Source: Fibrobacterales bacterium (GTDB taxonomy: Bacteria; Fibrobacterota; Fibrobacteria; Fibrobacterales; JAOPTW01). Taken from it: a stretch of DNA of 64,000 bases. Shown here piece by piece: positions 12,132-21,196 of this stretch. The stretch lies in NCBI GenBank assembly GCA_051532055.1, contig JAOPTX010000017.1, positions 4,628 through 68,627 of the forward strand. The letters run 5' to 3'. A model generated the notes under the pieces. It did not search any database, was not told the DNA's origin, and saw only the letters and a list, made by a program, of their open reading frames with translations. How positions within the stretch are numbered: the first letter of the stretch is position 1; each line of letters begins with the position of its first letter. Position numbers and translations under genes: made by a program.

Positions 12132-12234
12132 TTTTCTATTTTAAACAGTACATTGCTGCGTTATATTCTCCTCGGCGTACCATGTGTACGAAGTTGTCGG
12201 ATATGCCTTGCACTGCACTATTTAAAATAGAAAA
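12132..12234 (-). repeat. ERIC-like palindromic intergenic element, copy 1
   Basis: 25 bp terminal inverted repeat (22/25 matches), internal CTGCGTTA...TGCCTTG and an apical CGTAC/GTACG hairpin. Same architecture as 15675-15780. Confidence 0.8.
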
Positions 12235-12343
12235 TTGTATTATGTAGCTTACTAGTTCAGTTCGCTTTTCGAGCCTTTTTGATACCATTATTTGTATGGT
12301 TTGCTTTGCAAGCTGTCTCTATCTTAAATCTTTAGGCGGGGTG

Positions 12344-13078
12344 TTACCCTAAACTGATTTGATATTGGGATTGGGTTATTTCGCCGTTATCGATGCTAAT
12401 GTAATGAAGAGCAAACAGCCAATCTCCATTTACAATGAAAGAACCGTCTTCTTGGTGAGAGGCGTAAGGGGTGTGTAAATGGCCTTGGATAAATATATCA
12501 GCACTTTCTTCTTTAAGAATTGAGCGGGCAGTAGATTCGTATTCATGCATAAGAGACGTAGTGTCTTTTTGAGCGTATCTGCTTTTGTTGCCAACGAACC
12601 GGGCAAGTCTCATGCCCCAGTCGGGATGGAGAAGCTTAAAAAGAAAATTATTCAATGGACTTCTGATAATTCTTTTTGCTATTCGATATTTCCAGTCACT
12701 CGTTGAAAGCCCATCACCATGCATAAAGCATATTTTTTTATTTCCACTCCACGTGAGATACCGATCAGGGTGGACCGTGATACCGAGGTGGGTAGTGAAA
12801 AATTGACCGAGATTGAAATCGTGATTGCCGGCAACATAGTGTATCTCAGTTCCTGAGTCAGAAAGAGACTGTAGAGCAGCGAGTACACGAAAATGATTCT
12901 TATTTATATAGTCAGAATACTCCATCCAAAACTCAAAAAAATCTCCGCCTATAATCAGTTGGGAGGCAGTACCTTTGAGACTTTGAAGAAATGAAATAAG
13001 CTGATATTCTCGGTCAGGAACGGTACCGGGCTCATCACATCCCAGATGGACATCAGAGATGAAATAAATAGGCTTCAT
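12344..13078 (-). CDS. lpxH: UDP-2,3-diacylglucosamine diphosphatase (LpxH family)
   Basis: Calcineurin-like motifs SDVHLG, GDFFEFW, GNHD, HGD, GHLH, GDW. Start set at ATG 13078. Confidence 0.85.
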   Translation of the reverse strand: MKPIYFISDVHLGCDEPGTVPDREYQLISFLQSLKGTASQLIIGGDFFEFWMEYSDYINKNHFRVLAALQSLSDSGTEIHYVAGNHDFNLGQFFTTHLGITVHPDRYLTWSGNKKICFMHGDGLSTSDWKYRIAKRIIRSPLNNFLFKLLHPDWGMRLARFVGNKSRYAQKDTTSLMHEYESTARSILKEESADIFIQGHLHTPYASHQEDGSFIVNGDWLFALHYISIDNGEITQSQYQISLG

Positions 13079-13079
13079 A

Positions 13080-14246
13080 TTAGTAGGCGCCTTCGCCTTT
13101 AAAAACAACTTTAAAAGTTTTACCAATGAGTTTGAAATCTTCTTTTATGGAGCCGTGGCGAATGTATTGATTGTCTAGGCGCATCCATTCTTCGAAACCA
13201 ATATTACTTCTCCCCGATACCTGCCAATGACAGGTGAGCCCAGGCTTGACTGAAAGTCGCATTTGGTGCCATGGTAGGTATTCTTTTACTTCACGAGGAA
13301 TTGGTGGTCGCGGCCCTACAATGGACATCTCACCTTTTATTATGTTGATGAGTTGAGGAAGTTCATCAAGACTATATTTTCTTATGAATGTTCCAATGGG
13401 AGTGACGCGAGGGTCATTTTTTATTTTGAAAACCGGACCATCTGTCTCGTTAAGGCCACTAGATTTTAGCTCATTGAGTCGAGCTTCAGCATCGAGGTAC
13501 ATAGAACGAAACTTGATCATATAAAATGTTTTGCCATTAAGACCAACGCGTTCTTGTTTAAAAAATATTGGTCCCTTGTCGATAAATTTTATGATACCAG
13601 AAATAATTAAAAAGAGGGGTAAGAGAATAAGAAGCCCACCCATGGCACCAGAAAAATCTATAGAGCGTTTGACGATATTAATAAATGAAAAGCTCCATTT
13701 GTTTACTTTGAGTTTAGAGTAACTATAAGGTTCAATGGTAAAGAGACCTTCATTGATGTAATTAAATTTTTCCATCAATTTTTCGGTGTTGCTATGTTTC
13801 TTACCCGATTGGCCACTAAAGTAAAATGCTTGGAAAAAAGGTTTTTTAGGCTCAAGTTTGGTTCGTACTTTATCAAGAAGACCAGCTTCTTCGATATTAT
13901 GTAGAATCTGTTTCTTGATTTGCTGAATATCTTTTACCGTTTTATTGATAAGAATGATACTCAAGCCAGAGTTGTTGTGCATAAACCCTTTGATATCAAT
14001 AATCGAAGAATTGGAAAATACAGTGAGCACAGCGATCTTCCATGCTGTTAAGGTATCATTCGCAATTTTTTCAAAACCAAAGAGGTCATACTGTTCTGTA
14101 GAGATTTGAATGAGGGTAAAGGGCATGTGAGAACGAGTACTCCGGAGAATCTCTTCTTTGAGCCGCATGTCAAATAGTTCGGGTGAGTATATCGTTGAGT
14201 TGCTATTCTCACCTTCGGTAATGATCTCTTTAATCTCTTCGAGCAT
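13080..14246 (-). CDS. Priming sugar transferase (Bac_transf) with N-terminal degenerate GGDEF-like region
   Basis: C-terminal KRSID, KFRSM, DPRVTPIG, SLDELPQL, GEMSIVGPRP, VKPGLT motifs. Confidence 0.9.
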   Translation of the reverse strand: MLEEIKEIITEGENSNSTIYSPELFDMRLKEEILRSTRSHMPFTLIQISTEQYDLFGFEKIANDTLTAWKIAVLTVFSNSSIIDIKGFMHNNSGLSIILINKTVKDIQQIKKQILHNIEEAGLLDKVRTKLEPKKPFFQAFYFSGQSGKKHSNTEKLMEKFNYINEGLFTIEPYSYSKLKVNKWSFSFINIVKRSIDFSGAMGGLLILLPLFLIISGIIKFIDKGPIFFKQERVGLNGKTFYMIKFRSMYLDAEARLNELKSSGLNETDGPVFKIKNDPRVTPIGTFIRKYSLDELPQLINIIKGEMSIVGPRPPIPREVKEYLPWHQMRLSVKPGLTCHWQVSGRSNIGFEEWMRLDNQYIRHGSIKEDFKLIGKTFKVVFKGEGAY

Positions 14247-14396
14247 AGTGCGTCGCTCAGTCCCTGGAATTAACCTCTTTGTAACAAATATAGTGAAAAA
14301 TTGAAATATTTGGCCAATTGAGCACCTTATCTGTGGTGATTTGAAATATGTGAATCAAAATTTGTATTTTTGGCATAAACATTTATTGAGGCATCT

Positions 14397-15674
14397 ATGA
14401 GCATTCGCATTGGTATTATTGGACTAGGTACAGTGGGTTCTGGGACCTACGAAATTCTATCGAGCAAAAGAGATTCCTTTATCAAAAACCTTGGGGTGGA
14501 CCTCGAAGTTACTCTAGTTTGTGCTCGTGAAGATGCTATTTTGTCTGGGTTTGCAGCAAAAGGCATTGCGACAACTAAAGATGCACTTGAACTTGTGAAT
14601 AATGAAAATGTTGATATTGTTATTGAGCTTGCTGGTGGATATGACCTTCCCAAAGAGTGGATTTTAACGGCTCTTAAAAATAAGAAACATGTCGTTACTG
14701 CAAATAAAGCTCTCATTGCCAAGTATGGTGCAGAACTCTTTCCGGTGGCAGAAGCGAATGGTGTTGCGTTGATGTTCGAAGCTGCAATTGGTGGCGGGAT
14801 ACCTATCATCAAAGCGATGCAAGAGTCGTTGGTAGGGAATGAATACCAATCGCTGAACTGTATTATTAATGGCACCTGTAACTACATTATGACCGAAATG
14901 ACCCAAAAAGGGTCTGAGTATAAAAAGACCCTGAAAATAGCACAAGAACTTGGGTATGCGGAAGCTGACCCTACTTTTGATGTAGAGGGAATTGATTCAG
15001 CTCACAAAACAGCTATTCTAGCTTCTATTTGCTCAAAAACATTTGTTGACTTTGAAAAAATGCACATCTCGGGGATCAGTACTATTGAACCTGTTGATAT
15101 TGATATCGCAAAAGAGATGGGCTATTGTATCAAACTTCTTGGCACAGTTTGCCAAACTGAGGCTGGTGTCGACGCTCGAGTGCACCCGTGTTTAATCTCT
15201 TATGATCATCTTCTTGCAGGAGTTAATGGTGTATTGAATGCAGTCTATCTTGAGACTGATAATCTTGGCCCAACTCTTCAGACGGGTGCAGGTGCAGGTA
15301 AGCTTCCTACAGCATCAGCAGTAGTTGGTGATGTTGTAGATATAGCTCGTCAATTGACTGCTGGTAAAGCGAACCCTATCCCAATGGGATACTATAGTCG
15401 TGAAAATGAAGCGAAATTAATCTCTATTGATGAGCTTGTTACTAAGTTCTATTTGAGATTTACAGCAAACGATGAACCAGGTGTTCTTGCTTCCATCACT
15501 TCGGCACTCAGTAAGAAAAATATTTCCGTTGAATCTATTATTCAAAAACCTGTCTCTGAACATGACGCTGCGACTATTATTGTAGTAACTCATGAGTGTA
15601 GAGAGGCGGATGTGAATGCCGCTGTAGCAAGTCTATCGGGTCTAGAGACCCCTCAAATAATCCGTTTCGCTTAA
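14397..15674 (+). CDS. hom: Homoserine dehydrogenase with C-terminal ACT domain
   Basis: GLGTVG, HVVTANK, FEAAIGGGIP, NGTCNYI, GYAEADPTFDVEG, GAGKLPTASAV, DEPGVLA. Confidence 0.97.
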   Translation: MSIRIGIIGLGTVGSGTYEILSSKRDSFIKNLGVDLEVTLVCAREDAILSGFAAKGIATTKDALELVNNENVDIVIELAGGYDLPKEWILTALKNKKHVVTANKALIAKYGAELFPVAEANGVALMFEAAIGGGIPIIKAMQESLVGNEYQSLNCIINGTCNYIMTEMTQKGSEYKKTLKIAQELGYAEADPTFDVEGIDSAHKTAILASICSKTFVDFEKMHISGISTIEPVDIDIAKEMGYCIKLLGTVCQTEAGVDARVHPCLISYDHLLAGVNGVLNAVYLETDNLGPTLQTGAGAGKLPTASAVVGDVVDIARQLTAGKANPIPMGYYSRENEAKLISIDELVTKFYLRFTANDEPGVLASITSALSKKNISVESIIQKPVSEHDAATIIVVTHECREADVNAAVASLSGLETPQIIRFA

Positions 15675-15780
15675 TTTTTTCGGAAAGAGGCGTGCATCTA
15701 CTGCGTTAATTGAAACTTGACGTACAAATGTACGTCTACCTTCCAATTGCCTTGTATCTACACACCTCTTTCCGAAAAAA
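15675..15780 (-). repeat. ERIC-like palindromic intergenic element, copy 2
   Basis: 27 bp terminal inverted repeat (first 16 perfect), CTGCGTTA...TGCCTTG core, inner AATTG/CAATT stem and apical GACGTAC/GTACGTC hairpin. Confidence 0.82.
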
Positions 15781-15884
15781 TGAGTTCATTTTTGTTACTG
15801 GATGTACTTCGCACATCTTCGTTTTTTTGGGTTCATGTTAAAATGAGGGGATTGGGGCATAGTATTCATGCACTTCGTGGTTCT

Positions 15885-16514
15885 TTAAATGTCTTTTCGG
15901 CCTATGGTTGAACAGATGGGGCAGGATTCTCGTTTGTGGCCTCGGGCCATGCAATACTCTCTGCCGTAGAAGATGATTTGGAGGTGGAGCTTGTTCCAAA
16001 GATCTTCGGGGAAGAGGCGCTTGCAGTCTTTTTCGGTTTGCTCCACATTTTTGCCAATGGAGAGTTTCCAGCGATAGGCAAGTCGATGGATGTGGGTGTC
16101 TACTGGAAATGCAGGGTAGCCAAAAACCTGGGACATGACAACGGCTGCTGTTTTATGACCCACACCAGGGAGGGCTTCAAGGTCTTCATAGGTGTCAGGT
16201 ACTTCACCCCCATGTTCATCAATTAAGATATGGGAGAGGTCATAAATAGCTTTAGATTTTCTTGGTGAGAGGCCACATGGTCTAATGATTTTTTTGATAT
16301 CTTCTACCGACTGTTTGGCCATTTTTTGTGGGGTATTGGCCATCCTGAAAAGTGCAGGCGTTACGGTGTTGACTCGTGCATCGGTGCATTGAGCAGAGAG
16401 GAGTACTGCTATAAGCAGGGTATATGCATCACTATGGTCAAGAGGAATGGGAGTCTCGGGGTAGAGCTCTTCGAGGGTATCAACTATGTACTGGACTGAC
16501 TCTTTTTTATTCAT
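15885..16514 (-). CDS. nth: Endonuclease III
   Basis: LSAQCTD, HhH LPGVGHKTA, PVDTHIHR, C-terminal Cys cluster (with His at the second position). Confidence 0.96.
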   Translation of the reverse strand: MNKKESVQYIVDTLEELYPETPIPLDHSDAYTLLIAVLLSAQCTDARVNTVTPALFRMANTPQKMAKQSVEDIKKIIRPCGLSPRKSKAIYDLSHILIDEHGGEVPDTYEDLEALPGVGHKTAAVVMSQVFGYPAFPVDTHIHRLAYRWKLSIGKNVEQTEKDCKRLFPEDLWNKLHLQIIFYGREYCMARGHKRESCPICSTIGRKDI

Positions 16515-16732
16515 ATCGTCAAAGATAAGATATTTGTTATAGGAAAACTCATGTCAAAAAGCTGAAGATCTATTTTTTACAACTTCGAGATAGTCCATTA
16601 GTATTGGATAAGTGAGGTGTTAGGCAATACCATGGCATTATTCTTTAAATAGTGCCCCCTTCGGTAATCTGCTTTCAGCCTTTCCTCCCTTTTTTGCTAT
16701 ATTTCATCTATATGTACAGAAATGGATGCCCC

Positions 16733-18022
16733 ATGGAACAGCTTGTTTTACACCCGTCCCGTCTAGTCGATGGCGAAGTGACGATTCCCGGTTCAAAAAG
16801 TCTTTCAAATAGGATTTTACTTCTCGCGGCTCTTGCCGAAGGTGAAACCTCTATTGTGAACCTTCTTTCAAGTGATGATATAAATCATATGCTTGGGGCT
16901 TTTAAAAAATTGGGAATCACCGCTGAGCTTGGAGATACCTGCACGGTACAAGGGTGTGGTGGTCCAGTCTCGGTATCTGAACCCGTTGAACTCTTTTTAG
17001 GGAATGCAGGCACCGCAATGCGCCCACTTGCCGCGGCGCTCTGTCTTGGTCAGGGTGAGTTTATTCTTGATGGTGAACCTCGTATGCGTGAACGTCCTAT
17101 TGGTGACCTTGTCGAAGCTCTAAGGCCGCTCGGTGCAGATATTGAATATTTGGCAGCTGAAGGGTATCCACCTCTTAAAATTAAAGCAAACGGCCTTAAA
17201 GGTGGTAAGACATCAGTAAAAGGCGGGATTTCGTCTCAATTCTTAACCGCACTTCTTATGGCGGCTCCCTATGCAGAAAATGACATTGAAATTACTGTTG
17301 AAGGTGAACTGGTTTCTAAGCCGTATATTGATATTACCACTCATGTGATGAAAACATTTGGTGTTGAGGTGGTTAACAATAATTACCAAAGTTTCGTTGT
17401 TAAAGCGGGACAAAAATATCGCGCTCCAGAGAAAGAGGCCTTCGTTGAAGGTGATGCATCGTCAGCATCCTATTTTCTGGCAGCAGGAGCTATTGCTGGA
17501 GGTACGGTAAAAGTACATGGTTGTGGAACTGAAAGTGTCCAAGGTGATGCAAAATTTGCGGATGTACTCGAGGCGATGGGTGCAAAGATCACCTGGGGAC
17601 CTACATGGATTCAGGTGGAAAAAGGTAATTTAACAGCGGTAGATATGGATATGAATCACATTCCTGATGCTGCAATGACCATTGCTACCACAGCTCTTTT
17701 TGCGAAAGGAACTACTGCGATACGAAACATATATAATTGGCGGGTAAAAGAGACTGATCGGTTGTATGCAATGGCGACTGAGCTCAGAAAGTTGGGCGCG
17801 ACTGTTGTAGAGGGAGAAGATTTTATTGAAGTAACGCCTCCAGATAAGTTGACTCCAGCGGCTATTGACACCTATGATGATCACCGCATTGCGATGTGCT
17901 TTTCTTTAGCATCTTTGAATAAAGGATGGCATGATGTAGATATTACCATCAATGATCCTAAAGTGACTTCGAAAACTTTCCCGACCTATTTTGATGAGTT
18001 AGCTAAACTGATTAAAGAATAA
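16733..18022 (+). CDS. aroA: 3-phosphoshikimate 1-carboxyvinyltransferase (EPSP synthase, class I)
   Basis: [49 protein letters not shown] motifs. Confidence 0.98.
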   Translation: MEQLVLHPSRLVDGEVTIPGSKSLSNRILLLAALAEGETSIVNLLSSDDINHMLGAFKKLGITAELGDTCTVQGCGGPVSVSEPVELFLGNAGTAMRPLAAALCLGQGEFILDGEPRMRERPIGDLVEALRPLGADIEYLAAEGYPPLKIKANGLKGGKTSVKGGISSQFLTALLMAAPYAENDIEITVEGELVSKPYIDITTHVMKTFGVEVVNNNYQSFVVKAGQKYRAPEKEAFVEGDASSASYFLAAGAIAGGTVKVHGCGTESVQGDAKFADVLEAMGAKITWGPTWIQVEKGNLTAVDMDMNHIPDAAMTIATTALFAKGTTAIRNIYNWRVKETDRLYAMATELRKLGATVVEGEDFIEVTPPDKLTPAAIDTYDDHRIAMCFSLASLNKGWHDVDITINDPKVTSKTFPTYFDELAKLIKE

Positions 18023-18030
18023 GAGTGCCT

Positions 18031-20241
18031 ATGGGATCCATTCACATATATACACTATTCGTAGTGATTTCCTTAATGGTAGCAGGCGTAATCTCGCCAG
18101 TGATTGCTGGCCCCGTAGTTTCTGATCATTCTAAAACACTTGAGGAGAAGCTCGATGCTGTTCTCAAGCTCTATAAAAATGATGGTAAATTAGGGCTTTC
18201 AATTTTTTCTCCACAGAAAAACAAGGCCTTGCACAGTATCAATGCCGATTCACTTTTTAGACCAGCGTCTACGCTCAAATTACTTGTTACCTCAACCGCT
18301 TTACATACATTGGGTACGGAATATCAACCGGTTACCAACTTTACATTGAGTGGTGTTCAGCAAGGCTCTACCTTTTGGGGGTGGGCAACAATTACCGGTG
18401 GTGGAGATCCTAATATTTCTGGTCGGTATTTTGGAAAACCGCTTGTAGCTTTTACTCCTTGGATAGATTCTCTAAAGGCGTTAGGTATTGATACGATCCG
18501 GGGGAGCCTTACTTTTGATCATAGTTATTACACTGACCCTTTTAGGCCGACAACATGGAAAGATGAGTTTTTTCTCAATTGGTATGGTGCAGAAGTTGCA
18601 GCCCTAACGTTTAATGATAATTGCGTAGATGTAACGGTTACTCCAGCAGCTATAGGTGATGATGTCGTGGTTGGGCAGTCGCCTGAAATAGGGTTTCTTA
18701 AAGTGATCAATAAAGCCAAAACAGTTAGGGGGAGTCGTCAACGCTTGGTGTATCACATAGGTGCTGAAGATAACAGTCTGACTATAAGTGGGTCAATGGG
18801 TATACGTTCTGGAGAGTGGACCCTCTCTGTACCGGTTAAAAATCCCCCTTCATTTTTTGAGGCGTCGCTTCGTTCTGTGCTCACAAAGTCAGGTATAACG
18901 GTTGTTGATGGAACTCCTGATAAGGCGCCCGGCGGCGCTGTAAGTCGTATAGCAGTTTGGCCTCTCACTACTGCACCTCTATTAAGTCTCCTCGATGAGA
19001 TAAATCAACGTTCACAAAATCTTCATGCTGAGATGCTTCTCAGAAATATCGGTGGCCACTTTCATGGATCGGGTTCCTTAGAGAATGGTATTCGAGTAGA
19101 GCAAGAGTTTTTGCAGAGCATTGGAATTGATTCTACTCAGTATCACCTTCTGGATGGAAGTGGACTCTCGTATGGAAATCGAATTTCACCCAAGGCGATG
19201 ACGAGTGTACTCACTTCGATGCTTCGACATCCTCAATCGGGCCTTTTTTATAGGTCACTCGCAATACCAGGAATAAGTGGCGTGTCAGGTAAAAGGCTCC
19301 CGAGTTTAAAATATAAGAGCCGAGTTCGGTTTAAGACGGGTTTTGTTAATTTTACTCAAGGACTTGTAGGGTATATACAAACACCGACCTATGACACTTT
19401 AGCGGTAGCGCTCTACTTAAACGAATATCGTATCGATGATTATAATGCTCAAAAATTAATGGATAGTCTCTGGTGTGAAATAACGCTTCACTTTAATCAA
19501 GAACAGGAGAGCGTATTAAAAGCTCGCAAATTGTGGTATCCCATAAAAGACACTCTTTATCAAAATAGACTTATGGCATTTAGTAAACAGCTCATGGGTG
19601 AACCCTACAAACTAGGCCCTACGGGTGAGGGGGTTCATGGGTTGGTTGAGAGAAAGCCACTTATCAACATGTTTGAGTTTGATTGTGTAACATACATAGA
19701 GAGTGTTATGGCTCTTGCGCGTGCAGCATCACCTGACTCCATACTCTCAGAGCTCACGAATATTCGGTACAAAGAGGGGCAGGTTTATTACTCAATGCGT
19801 AAACATTACTTTGTTGAAGACTGGATAGGCGCGAGTCCCGAAATGGTAGAGATTCTTCGCCTGCATGGAGACTCTGTTGGTGTGCGTGAAATGGACAAAA
19901 AGGGTTTTTATGAGAGTAAGGGTTGGGAATATAAATTTGACAACCCTCAAGTTACCTTGAATGTACTGCCCATTGATTCAGCCATTGAACGCTATTCGGA
20001 AAAGTATCAGGATGAAAGCCGTATATTGGGTGTGGGTTTGGTAGGGAAATATCCAAAAATTTGGGTGACTCATACTGGATTCTTACTTTTCAATCCTGGC
20101 AAAGCTCCGACATTTCGGCATGCAAGCTTTAAGCATAAAAAGGTTGAAGAAGTGCCTTTTTCAGAATATCTTAAAAGTAGATTGGGGTCAATTATTGGTA
20201 TCGTGCTCTTTGAGTTTAAAGAGCCAGGAGGGAGACAATGA
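18031..20241 (+). CDS. D-Ala-D-Ala carboxypeptidase/endopeptidase (S13, DacB-like) fused to a DUF1460 NlpC/P60-like amidase
   Basis: SxxK (ASTLK), SxN (SQN), KTG and DGSGLS motifs; C-terminal FDCVTYIE, RKHYF, THTG, HAS. Confidence 0.88.
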   Translation: MGSIHIYTLFVVISLMVAGVISPVIAGPVVSDHSKTLEEKLDAVLKLYKNDGKLGLSIFSPQKNKALHSINADSLFRPASTLKLLVTSTALHTLGTEYQPVTNFTLSGVQQGSTFWGWATITGGGDPNISGRYFGKPLVAFTPWIDSLKALGIDTIRGSLTFDHSYYTDPFRPTTWKDEFFLNWYGAEVAALTFNDNCVDVTVTPAAIGDDVVVGQSPEIGFLKVINKAKTVRGSRQRLVYHIGAEDNSLTISGSMGIRSGEWTLSVPVKNPPSFFEASLRSVLTKSGITVVDGTPDKAPGGAVSRIAVWPLTTAPLLSLLDEINQRSQNLHAEMLLRNIGGHFHGSGSLENGIRVEQEFLQSIGIDSTQYHLLDGSGLSYGNRISPKAMTSVLTSMLRHPQSGLFYRSLAIPGISGVSGKRLPSLKYKSRVRFKTGFVNFTQGLVGYIQTPTYDTLAVALYLNEYRIDDYNAQKLMDSLWCEITLHFNQEQESVLKARKLWYPIKDTLYQNRLMAFSKQLMGEPYKLGPTGEGVHGLVERKPLINMFEFDCVTYIESVMALARAASPDSILSELTNIRYKEGQVYYSMRKHYFVEDWIGASPEMVEILRLHGDSVGVREMDKKGFYESKGWEYKFDNPQVTLNVLPIDSAIERYSEKYQDESRILGVGLVGKYPKIWVTHTGFLLFNPGKAPTFRHASFKHKKVEEVPFSEYLKSRLGSIIGIVLFEFKEPGGRQ

Positions 20242-21188
20242 GAATAATGATAATAGTTGCACTGGTAAGTGTATCACTTTGGTCGTTTAATCCAGAAGAG
20301 TTCTGCTCAGGAATCTATAATTGTATCGCTATTCAGCCCGTTGAATGTAGTGACTCTCTTATCGTTAAAAATGAAGATATCGAGTATGACTCAACCTTTT
20401 GTAGTATCTATCAAGAAGTCCAGTCTCGGGAGCTTGAGCCTGACAGGCCGGAGACGCGAGAGCTTTATTCAAACTTAGGAATTGAGCATAGAGTCACATA
20501 TATCGTAGAAGGTGATCTCCCCATTTCAAAAAAAATGCTCGATTTTTTATTAAGCGATATTCCTCACACTGCCCTACTCATTAACGCCTATCAAGAAACG
20601 GAGTATGATGCACGCTATACAACCCTTGATCATAAAACATTTCATGGCACGAATGGTGGGTCGTTAAAGGGTACCATTAGTGAACTTGCTGATAACCCCA
20701 GTAAGAGAGAAATCACCTATTTTGGGTATGGCGTAACAGAAGTACTCTTTTGGTCTCTTCGTGGAACAGTGCTCTTTTTCTTCGAATATCAAGAGACAGC
20801 AAATAAAGAGGTTCACTACGCACTAACGGTTACAGTGTTTAATCGAAGCTCGATTATAAATGGCATTATGGACCTTGGAATGTTCAGGTCTGTGGTCAAT
20901 TCAAAAATTGAGAAAATTATTAATCATATTAAAGACTCAGCTCACGAGTATGCAACGGGTAATATTGGTTCTATTGATGAGTATGATAAATTGAAAACAG
21001 AACTTGCTCAAGAATTTTTGCGAAAACTGCGCATGGTTGATGATACTGTTGTGGCTCCTGAGGAGTCGTTGTCATCTAAAGAAGAGGGCGATAGTTTTAT
21101 TGTAGAGACTGTAGATCAAATGGTGCCAAATCGCATTCGGTTAGAGAACCCCTCTGATACGAGTGTGCCAGTAGTTGCACCCCGATAA
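20238..21188 (+). CDS. Secreted hypothetical protein
   Basis: Signal peptide, GGAGGG RBS, ATGA overlap with the upstream gene; no family recognised. Confidence 0.7.
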   Translation: MRIMIIVALVSVSLWSFNPEEFCSGIYNCIAIQPVECSDSLIVKNEDIEYDSTFCSIYQEVQSRELEPDRPETRELYSNLGIEHRVTYIVEGDLPISKKMLDFLLSDIPHTALLINAYQETEYDARYTTLDHKTFHGTNGGSLKGTISELADNPSKREITYFGYGVTEVLFWSLRGTVLFFFEYQETANKEVHYALTVTVFNRSSIINGIMDLGMFRSVVNSKIEKIINHIKDSAHEYATGNIGSIDEYDKLKTELAQEFLRKLRMVDDTVVAPEESLSSKEEGDSFIVETVDQMVPNRIRLENPSDTSVPVVAPR

Positions 21189-21196
21189 GGAATAAA

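Noticed and set aside
15717-15911. 64 aa ORF after hom
   Set aside because: Starts inside the palindromic repeat, overlaps the nth 3' end and has no protein features.
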